This document shows positions 53,305 through 64,000 of a DNA stretch of 64,000 nt, one piece after another. Made by a program: the position numbers and the translations under genes. Positions within the stretch are counted from its first letter, which is position 1, and every line of letters starts with the position of its first letter. Source of the DNA: Kudoa neothunni (lineage: Eukaryota > Animalia > Cnidaria); assembly GCA_964304625.1 (NCBI GenBank), contig OZ199840.1, positions 779,284 to 843,283 of the forward strand, written 5' to 3'. The notes under the pieces are model-generated. The model was not told the origin of the DNA. It worked only from the letters and a program-made list of their open reading frames with translations, and ran no database searches.

Positions 53305-54031
53305 CCCTTTCGCGTCCAGTGTACAGTTGAATGCACATACGAAAAACACAGTCTTTAATACATTTAACTACTGTTTCATACAACACACTTGATTTATCAT
53401 AAGCGATATCGAATTTTCCTCACTATTTCAAAGTTTGAATCATTTTCCTTGAAAATTTAAGAAAATAATTTGAATTTTTCATAACAAATAATAAAATATA
53501 CGGGTATTTTAGTAAAAAGTTATAAGAATAAATAGTTATTCTGCTCGATGACAATATTTCAGAACTCGAGATATGTCCAGAAAACGAAAATATCATTACT
53601 TTTGAAAAATGCGGTGACTACTCAAAAAACCATAATGAAGCTACCGACGAAGAAAAATGCAACTCGAACATCAAATTTAAATTTAACATAGAGAAACCAA
53701 CGTTAGATGAAGTTTTTTATTTTGAGAAATAAATGCATTATTAATACTATCGATTAACTCAGACATTTCATCAATAAATCCTTCATAGATTCGATGGTTG
53801 AACAAACAAACCTTCATTCCAGATAGTCTACTTCATGTTTCAAAACTGATAATGATGAAATAGAAAAGTATATTGGAGTCCTTGTCTTATTGGGTGTAAT
53901 AAACGTGTTCACACGCCGTAGATTTGAGTCGATTTCAAAATAAGATCATTGTTGGACTACTTAAGATCAGATTGCTAAAAGATGTAACCTGGAAGGAAAT
54001 TATCTGTAGATGAACAGATGATACCATTTAA
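53305..54031 (+). mobile_element. piggyBac remnant (5' part)
   Basis: TTAA-CCCTTT terminus; decayed EQTNL, EIEKYIGVLVLLG and SVDEQMIPF motifs. Confidence 0.75.
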
Positions 54032-55274
54032 CCCTCTAAGCACGCCAAAAACGACTATACATCAAGTAGTTATGTGGTCCTCTCTGACCCCAGATTTTTA
54101 TTTCTTATTTTGATATACAATATTATGAAATATAGTTAAATTCTTTTAAAAAGTTTTTTACCCCATCGATAAGTAAATAATCATAATTTACTTGTGTAAC
54201 GATGCTAGTCGATGTCTTCCGAACAATTATTTATTAATCTTACGTGTTTAAATATTAATGAAATTATATCTTGATATATCATATGATCGTTTCACAACAT
54301 TATCTAGATACGAAAATGATAGTAGAATTTACCTAAATTCTAATAATATCTGAAAATATCGATGTTCACTTGTAACAATATCATTCTGATTTTACTGATT
54401 CTTATAATTTTTTAATAAAATTTTTTAAAATTCTATAAAATAAAACATTACTTAACTGATATTCATAAAAAATTAGGCGCATCAACAATTGCGAACTCAC
54501 ATAGGGACCAATCATTCATAATAAAATATGGATTAATAATCAAATAATTACTATATTCCTTAACTTAGCTAAAAAGCCTCAAAATTAATAATTAAAAATA
54601 TATTATGTAACTAGATAATTTTTATTGATCATTTATTGTTTCTGTTTGTAACAAATAGTTCTCGAATGTTTATTGCAAAGATGTTCGGGCAATTATAACA
54701 TTTGTTCTTATTTTTATGTCGGAGAATCGAGCGCGTAAAATACACCTTTTTCGAAATGGAAGGGATATTATCTAACGTATCCACACACCCTTATTTTTGT
54801 TATAAGCGACAATAACTTGGGGGTATTTTATGGGGGAACAAATACAGCTATGGCGATCTCTTGGCTATTATACAAGAGAAATAGTAAATCAAGAAAAATA
54901 AAAAGGGAGCGGAATATTAGATTTACCGAATTTCACCTATTCAGTAGTATGTGAGTCTAATATTCCTTGAAAATGAGGTAAACGTAAAGTTAAAGCGCGA
55001 TAGACCATCATTATCATTTAAAAATGAATTGGAAAATTCGATCTTCCTCTTTTTCTGACGACATCCGATTCGATAATGCTGGATATTCACCCAAAATCAC
55101 ACCCACATGCAATAAATTTGAACTTTGCCTAATATCGCTCAAATCAAATGCATTAAATGCAAAGCGATCTGTTGTCTGGTTAAACCTATCATGCCTATCG
55201 TGCGGTATATAGGGCTTCAAAAAATCGAGGGACGAGAGTCAAGGTTATAGGGATTATCCTCTAGTTAAAGGAGA
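54032..55274 (+). mobile_element. Second piggyBac-like remnant starting at a TTAA inside the first
   Basis: TTAA-CCCTCT begins inside the DEQMIPF codons; DDIRFDNAGYSP and decayed Cys-rich tail at 55058-55210; right end uncertain. Confidence 0.5.
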
Positions 55275-56779
55275 TTAAATCAACATATTAACAAGATAGT
55301 GTGATTCGTTCATAATGGATTGTCGTAATTAATGTTAGGAGAAATTTTCTTATCAAAATTCAGTAGTGCATTATTTTTTGGAAAAAATTATTATATTTCT
55401 TTGAAAATATCGACTAAACTTTAGTACCACAATATGTGTACGAACTTCGGGTGGTGTCGCATGCAAAATCGGAAATAAAGTCGTTTCCTACAATTACAAT
55501 TTGCCCTGTTAATTCATTTCTTTTTCAAAAGTTTTTCCATTTGTGATCTTATCACAATAAAATTAATTATGTAGTTAAATTCAGCTCCAAAAGAATTAAT
55601 CCATAAACTGGAAACGACTCTTAAGTCGAACACATTCGGATTCACGGGGAATTCCTATGTTGTTTATAAATACAACAGAAATTATTAATTCTCTATAATT
55701 TTAACAAATTCGAAGTCGTTTATTATTTATTGAATTTTTTTGTATCTGTTTGTTAGTAAACAGTTTGTAAGCTAAGCGCTCAATCTTGTGACTTCGTATT
55801 TTAAAAACAGAACATTGTGATGTATTCTATTAAAAAATTAGAATGTAGATATTTTAATTTAACGATCGTATTCCTTAATATTGTTTTTAGTTTATAAATT
55901 TTTTCAGGTCGCTCTTTCATGGTTTAAAAATATTACAATAATATTTGTTCCAAAATTCAAACATAAAAATTTTTAATTTATTTTATAAGGTTCTCAATTC
56001 AATTATATATACATTATGTAGCTATAAATAAAAATATTTAATTATTATTTTTGAATTAAAATTAACTTTAAAGTAGAAAAATCGTCAAATTAAAGATATA
56101 CAATATTTAAGCATTTAAGGTTAAATCATTTATTAATGTTAATACGTAGGAATAATTGTATTATATCTTACTTTAATATTTTTGTGTGGTTGAATGTTTC
56201 AAGCGCTTTAACCTAATATAATTAATTTACTGAGATTTATTATCTATCAAAATGTTTGTAAAAACTAGTAACAACAACATAACGTTGGAATCATGAATTC
56301 CCTATCCAAATCCTTAATACTCCTCATTTCAACACATAATCATCCTCGTTTTTTAAAATTCCTAGCTGTATACCAAACGTTAACTTCTTCTTCCTCGTCG
56401 TCGTCGTCGAAAATGTACATTAAACTATTGCTTCGCATTCGGGATATATATATATATACATAATTTCGAATCAAATAGACATTTAAAAATCGTGAAAATT
56501 ATATTTTTTAAGAAACTTTATGTGTAATAAATTGCATTCACACTGTTCAACTCTCCATACCATGTTCGTCCTTAAAGTAATGTATTAATTTGTAAACCGA
56601 ATTATATTATTTTCTGGAACTAAAATTTTTACAATTACAATATGTTGTTAATTATATTTGCCTGTTTAAATTTTAAGTAACTTATTATTATCTGAAATAG
56701 TACGATTTTAATTCATGTCAGTAAGCTAGACAACAAAAATTCGTGGGCTTATTTTTGGCCAATCGCGATGCATTACGAC

Positions 56780-58663
56780 ATTTGTAAAGATGAGGTTAAA
56801 ATTGGAAAAAGAACTTTGGAAATCATATTACTACCTGATGTCGAAATATCCAAACCGGATACATATTCTGAAGACGACAACATTTACATCCGCAATTATG
56901 AATGAATTTTCAGATGCCAAAAAATGTTCATCATTTTATGGTTCTGACACTGAAATTGACATTGACCTTCAATGAAAAAAACCGATGTCAGTCAAAATTT
57001 ACCAGAGAAATTATGAAGTATAAACGATGAATTTGAAAAGTTAGATCATTTAATTCACTCTATCGATTATTTCAATCAATTTGTTGGTGATGATTTGATT
57101 GAATTAATTATAACCGAATCGAATCGATACATCACACAAAATCATTCTAATCTCAAGACAAACAGTTTAGAAATTAAAACCTATGTAGGAATCATAATTT
57201 TAATGGTGATCGTACGGATGTCCCGTTATCGATGCTATTGGTCCAAACATTTTAATTCTTCACCTATTTCGGATGTATTTTCTAGAGATAGATTTGAGTA
57301 ACTGCCACAATTTTTTCATTTTGATAATATTCATAATGCAACCAACAATCGGCCGTCTGAAATCTTTTGACAGTTTTGTCAAAATTAGACCACCTTTTTG
57401 GAGCATTTGAGACAAACATTTTTAAAAAAACAATCCAGAAAACATAAATTCAGACGACGAACAAATGATTTCCTTTAAGGGTAAGTGCAAGACAAAACAA
57501 TATATATCAAGTAAAGTCACAAAATAGGGAATCAAAGTTTTTTCTCTATGTGGAATAGTATAGGATTTTCATTTGTATGATGGAAATTCGACCCTTGTAC
57601 AAGAAGAAAGTTGTGGTTTGGTTTCCGGGGATTTTGTAATAAAATTGTGTGATCAACTTCTAAAGAATAGCGTGTATCTGTTGAATTTTGACAAGTGGTT
57701 CACATCATTCCAAATGCAATTTATATTGAAAAAAAGAGAATATATTCCGTGTGGATTATTCGAAATAATAGAATTTAAGGGTTTCCTTTAGTCAGAAAAA
57801 ACGATCTAATGAAAAAAGGACGTGATTCATTTGATGGTACCTGAAGCCCTAATGATGCACTAAATATTAACTCGTATGGTATGGTATTTCCGTCGTGACT
57901 TTATCATCCACTCATTCTGGTAGTGAACATCTAACAACTGTGAATAGATATTATAGGCGGTAAAAAACGCGTTAAAATTAAATTCCCAGCTGTTGTATCG
58001 GAATATAACAAAAATATGGGTGATATTGAGGTCATTATATAGATTACATCACGAATGTAAAAAATTTTACATGAGGATATTTTTAGCGGGTATCGGAGAC
58101 AACATGTCATGAATATGTGTTAACAAGAGTAAATTTTTCGATTTGCTTTCGTTCACATAATCAATCTGTAAATCATTGTTGTATAAAAACCAAACGTTAA
58201 TACAAACTCGAAAACGTGGTTGTCCCGTTAATGAATCTAATTCACAACACATAATGGGATCTACTATATCAAAACGCTAAAGAAATATTATTTTATCCGA
58301 TGACAAAAGATATGATAATGTAGGCCATTTTCCAGAAGTGGTATCTACGCCTTGTAGATGCAGAAAAATATGGAAGGAACACTCAAATAATTTTCTTGAA
58401 ATGTGGCGCTCCTTGCTGCCTCGTAAAAGGTAGGAATTGTTTTTATAATTATCAGAATACGCAAAATTATTGTCTTATTGATTTCTCTATCTGTTACTGT
58501 TATAATAAATTCGATTTCTCCTTTGAAAATTTTCTTTACCACCAAGACCCATTGTTCAGTCCACTGCACAAAACTTACGTTATAACTTAAAAATATTAGC
58601 TCAACAACATTTTTCTCTCCAAATTTTGTTTAAGGATAAATAAAAAAATCAGGCTTGAAAGGA
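56780..58663 (+). pseudogene. piggyBac (PGBD-like) transposase, heavily disrupted, with right end
   Basis: ESNRY, YRCYWS, FSRDRFE, DEQMISFKG, FDKWFTS, YNKNMG, RYDNVGHFP and a Cys-rich C-terminus; ends GAAAGGA-TTAA. Confidence 0.85.
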
Positions 58664-59616
58664 TTAAGGAAAGGAATTTTTTTCTACAAATTTCATCAAA
58701 AACGAAATTAATTAGATTGAATTAATCTGTACATTTCATTATATCGTGTGTTTTTTCTTGCGTATTATTGTCATTTTGTCTTCTGGCGACAGTGAAATTA
58801 AATAAGCCGAACCAATGCGTACTAAAAGAAAATATATATATTTTTACTAAGAAAATGAAACAAATTTGGAAATGGTTCATGTGAGACATGCGGTTTTAGG
58901 GTTATTTGTATACAATTTTTTTATAAATTTTGAAATTAATAAAATTTATTCATTTAACCAAATTCCACGAGAGTCATACAATATGTTTTAAGACTAAAAA
59001 TAGGAGTGTATGTGCATGTTCTATGTAATTCCAACACATAAAATTAAAACAAATCACAAAGTTATTTTTAATAGCATTTTTACGCTATTACAAATCAATG
59101 AAGAATATTTCTCATCATCAATGCGACAATAGTGTTCTGCATGGTTTTGCAGACGGCTTTGTATTCTGCTTGATAAGTGGTAAGATCAAACTTCATACAG
59201 ACTTTTAGGTATCCATTCGTTAAATTTCACCGTAGTTTTGTCTTAATATCTTTTATATGTAGAAAGGCTGCTCACCTACAAACTTAGTGTTAAACATATT
59301 CGTTACAGTGCGTTACAGTAAGTAACCGACTTTCTGTAGTGATCGTTTCGGAAATGCACAATGGGGTTTAACGAAACATATTTTTAAATTGAAAATTTTT
59401 TGGCGAGTCACAGGTTCCCGACCCCTGCTATAAATGGACATTCTACACATACATGTAAGCGTTAAGTCTAATTTAACCATTTTTTATGTAGTTTTCGCTC
59501 AACGTGAAAATGAATCTAATTCATTATATACTATACATATTACACATAATATGAACTTAATTATTTGACAAAATATAATTAATAGGTGTAATAACATTAC
59601 ATAAGTGTCTTATTAA

Positions 59617-59617
59617 T

Positions 59618-59651
<34 letters not shown>

Positions 59652-59680
59652 GTCGAACATCGTTTATCCGAATGATTTTT
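59617..59680. repeat. (TA)n microsatellite followed by a Tigger/pogo-like end CAGTCGAACATCGTTTATCCG
   Basis: Repeat directly visible; terminus recognised by resemblance only. Confidence 0.5.
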
Positions 59681-61107
59681 TAAAATTTAATTGAGAATAA
59701 TGTAGATTAAAAATAAAAAAATGTTTGTTTAACCAAAATTTCAACAACCGCAATCCAAACACAACTTTTTTCTGGAATTTTCGGATAAAAATGCCATGAA
59801 GTCCGGATTAGTACCTGTTTAAAATGGCACCTACATTTATTTTTTTTATACATATGTTCGTTATTTATTCAATTTAAGTTTACGGTTGATTAATAGAAAT
59901 ATCGCAACGTAGATAATATAATATTTTATGTTCAAAATACAACCATGTTCATGATGAACGAATAAATGTTAGGTAAAGACAAACTCCCTTATATCTTATC
60001 TTTACGTTAGGAATAAAACATAAAAATGGAATTTATATTATTTTTTAACCACAAATCAGTTTTTTCCAATAGCACCTCCACTTTAAATCTTATCGAGCCT
60101 TAACAATAGTTAATCAATGTTGAATTATTGGAAAATGACATATTTTAACTAATGAGGAAATTCTAAATATCTTAATGGAGAATTCTGGGAAAATATTCCT
60201 TATTGTTACTTTATTATTCTTACCATAATTATTAGTACATCCCACAATATTAAAATAGGGAAGAAATTATAAAAAAATTAATAATAGTCTATTTTTTAGA
60301 ATCTAGAATGTATCATTCTAATATGGCACATCGGCGACATGCGTGCGCCTACTACGTTGGACCTAGAACTACTGTGCCTTAAACTTATGTTTTCACATTG
60401 TATTCACTAATATAACTTATGTATACTAGAGGTTTCTTATAAATATAAAACAAACATTGAATAATGAGAAATAAAGTGTGTAATCAATTTACAATTTCTT
60501 CCTTTTCGCACATGCGCATTTACCGAACTTCATTAAATCGAAATTTCAGTATCCGAAAGGAAAATGCTGATAATGTTGTTAAATAAATTATCATTATTTA
60601 TTATTTATACTTAAAATTTTGGTTCTGTGGTACCAAAATTTTTTTCCCTAGTAACATTTACAATGTCTAAGATATAAATAAACGTAATCCTAGTTAATTA
60701 TACTCATAATTTGTTTTGGAAAGTTTTTTTCATTAACTGAGAGCCATTATATTGATATTTTGGTAATATAACTGGTAGTTAGAATTTAGTTGTTCAAGAG
60801 TTTTCACAAAATAATATGATTAATTGCCATATAAATGGTTAATGTAATAAACAAAGAATTTTTGTAAAATTGGTTAGCATTATATGTAAGCTTTAGGAGA
60901 GACGCATATTATAAATTTGAGTATTTTAAGTAGTATTGAGTGTAAACAACTTATTTAAATATTAATTCTTTACTAGATTTGATAAACAATTATTTTGATT
61001 ATATTAATCAATGAAAATGTTCAAAACTGATGAAATAATTTTCATGGTATAATTTTAGATAGAATTTACTATACTTACTTGCGAGCTTAAACGAATTCAT
61101 TTTGGAT

Positions 61108-62977
61108 ATGCTAGGGTTATTGTTTGTAATTTCAAGTAATAACTAATTGTTTTTTAAATATATTTATTTTTTTCCTAATAGTAGTTACATGCGGAGTTTA
61201 TACAACAGATGATGATTACCTGGATAATACCTTTAGAAATGATCATGGAATAACTCTCAAAAACGACTTTGATTTTGACAATATGCATAAAATAAAATGC
61301 GAACTTAATCCAAATAGACCATTATCTCAATATGCAAATATTGAAAACAAATACAATATAGATAGAAAATTAAAATGTAATTTGAATCGGTTGGAAAATT
61401 ATATAAAACAAAGAAAAAATACTATAATATTGCCTACATTTTTCATCTCAGATAAAACTTTTTCGAGGATGATTGAGTCACTTAATTTCTTGAAAGTTTC
61501 AAAGTTTGTATTTGAAAAAGTTCACATTACACAATTGAATTCGGCCAATGATTTTTCAAATGTCTTACAGCTAATTGAAGATATAACAACCGCTAAAACT
61601 GAATATAAGACATTTGAGGATGATACCAACAATTTTCAGGAAATATTAACAAAATTACAAGATGAGGATTCTTTAATAGAATCATATAAAAATATTTTTA
61701 AAAATATTTTCAATTCAATTAAAAAATCGATAATAGTTTGTAATGGAAAGGCTCAACCAGATATAAATATCTACAAAAATATCATCAGCAGTTATGACGT
61801 GGTCAATTATGTAGATGGATACATGGAGGATATGGACAGTCTATATGCGAATGTTAATGAATTCTGTGACAAAATCGATAAGATACCTAAAAGTTATCCA
61901 ACTTTATCCAATACTTTGAAAAAATATAATGATATGATTGAATCCCTATCAAATATTCTTACCGCGATAAAAGCGAATATTCCTGATTTGGATTCAAAAA
62001 TACAATCATATACGACATGGATTGAATTAATTAGCGAAAAAGACCAAAAATATTTTGATACAAAAATTAGTATCATCAAAAATATACTGACAGATTCAAA
62101 TAATATGTATCTGAACGTTGAAAAAGAAATAAAAACAATCAAAAATTTGATTACCAAAATATCTCCAGACATTCATCGCTTTTCTCCTGAAGTTAGTACT
62201 TTGATTAAAAATACTATTTCTTCCCTTGAAAATCAGCTAGAGAAACATAAAACCATACGTGAAACGTTCGAAGGTTTGAAAACAACCATAGAATTATTTG
62301 AATCTTCCTCGAGGGAAAAAATAGTAAAATATGCCGAATTAATTAATAACGCAAATGATGCGAAGGAGGGTTTTGAATTAGTCAAGAGTCTTCTATTGGC
62401 GCTTGAAGATATTAAACAAAATAAATTCCTAAGAAATACAGAAATATCAACCAAACTCGCCAAATTCACTCAGAGTCAAAAAACGTTTACGATGGATGCT
62501 GATACATCCATCATTTCAAATTATGTTGAATCTCTTAATGATATGGAAACGATTATTAATAATTTTCCAAATAAAAATCAGGCTGTTTACTCAGGACTCG
62601 CTGAATATTTGAGAAATTTAATTAATGAAAAGGAATTATTGATGAAACAATTCAATTCTCAAAAACCAACAGAAATCCACCCTATTAATGAAGAAGAGTT
62701 TTCTCAACACTATCAAATAAATGATCAAAATGCTGATATTACAAAAAAAGACAACAACCAAAAAACATCTACAACATCTAAACCTTCAGTTGAAAAAATA
62801 CAAAGCTCTTCGGATAATACAGTTTATTCGGTACCTACAGCACCAGAGAGAAATACTGCTGGAAAAAAAAGTGTCGCCATAATTGCTACCATCATGATTT
62901 TTGTCGCAATATTATTTATAGGTATTGGTGCTTTCATTCATCATAGAAGAAATAGAATCCCAGATGGATATGAATAG
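61108..62977 (+). CDS. Type I single-pass membrane protein of about 605 aa, paralog of 50651-52530
   Basis: 28-nt first exon (MLGLLFVIS), phase-1 intron 61136-61181; shares MHKIKC, YKNIIS and TLK.YND with the paralog; TM segment VAIIATIMIFVAILFIGIGAFI. Confidence 0.85.
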
Positions 62978-64000
62978 TTTATAACTACATATATTAATTA
63001 TATCAATATTTATTTGGTTTGAATTTTGTTTCCATTTTCTTCCAAATATTTTGAAATGTTATTTTTTTCTTAATTGAAATATTGTAATTGTCAATCAAAT
63101 TATATTGAATTTTATAATATCCATTAACTTAGTCATCACAATACATTTTGTTTTTTGATAAATATTATCTTTTTTGCGTATCAATTTTTATTTTATTTTT
63201 AAGTGTTATCTGTTATTTTTACAAACTTATTCAATAGTTAAGTAAGCTTTTGAATGATTATTTGATATTTATTCCAGAATTAAGAACTTATGTTAAATTT
63301 AAGGTTAATTTATATTTAACTCTAATTTATAGACTATAGAATAACACACAATATAGTCAACTACTATATATATATAAAGTTCTTAGGTCTGTCAATGTGT
63401 GTTTGCAGCAGTATTCATATGCCATGGTGTAACTTTTTTTATATACAACTTTTAGTTTGCATTTGAATAGATGATACCATCAATAAAAATCGTTCAATCA
63501 CTTAAAAATATAAATATAATCAATACCCCAGTCAGAATGAAGGAATCTTCTGGTTGTTTACATCAATTACCAGATCAAAAGATACCTGCATAACATTGAT
63601 GTTTGTTTACTTCAGCGTGATACTCAATATTAATGAATTTTTACTCGCGATATACTAAGAAAATCTTTTAATTTTGGTATAGAATGTTTTAAAAATGTTA
63701 CATATGCCTTTTTGAAGTAATAATAAGGCAGATAATGTCATTAGAGTCATATTCACAAGATATATAGCATTTACCTTAAAATTCGTAGCATAACCAAATT
63801 ATTTAGGCTGCATTTTCATGTTTCAAGCTTTATGAATATAGTTAAGCAAAAACGATTCTGATAGTTCTAACTAAAGTACATAATTCGAGATTAATGTTGT
63901 TGCCATTTTGGAATAATTTGGGTCCCTATAAGCATTCTAAATCGATGCAAGATGTGTGTTGAGTCTTCAAATAATTAAATTTTTGCGAAAATTACTTTTT

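Overview
AT-rich eukaryotic genomic DNA with very short (mostly about 39-55 bp) GT-AG introns and standard code; a compact animal-parasite-like genome is an inference only. Positions ~631-18213 and ~18507-34144 are two direct copies of a ~11 kb core. The copies are nearly identical over kilobases but differ in (i) a decayed hAT element with a nested MULE (copy 1 only), (ii) a 4.16 kb Ty3/gypsy element with 97-bp LTRs (full length in copy 2, solo LTR in copy 1), (iii) a 543-bp indel with a template-switch junction and (iv) sharp islands of substitution. The most striking island is an 8-exon, signal-peptide, six-Cys gene mostly missed by the ORF track: about 26 amino-acid replacements versus about 6 silent changes by hand count, with an older third paralog at 34.6-35.4 kb. 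The rest of the window holds a divergent forkhead gene (NSIRQCLS), mitochondrial malate dehydrogenase with a C-terminal extension, two paralogous ~600-aa type I membrane proteins, mucin-like genes, and pogo, Merlin and piggyBac remnants. The best candidate for an undescribed system is a TE-rich cluster of secreted and surface genes that diversifies against a homogenised background. A haplotype mis-assembly of the duplication cannot be excluded from sequence alone. All alignments, splicing and folds were done by eye.
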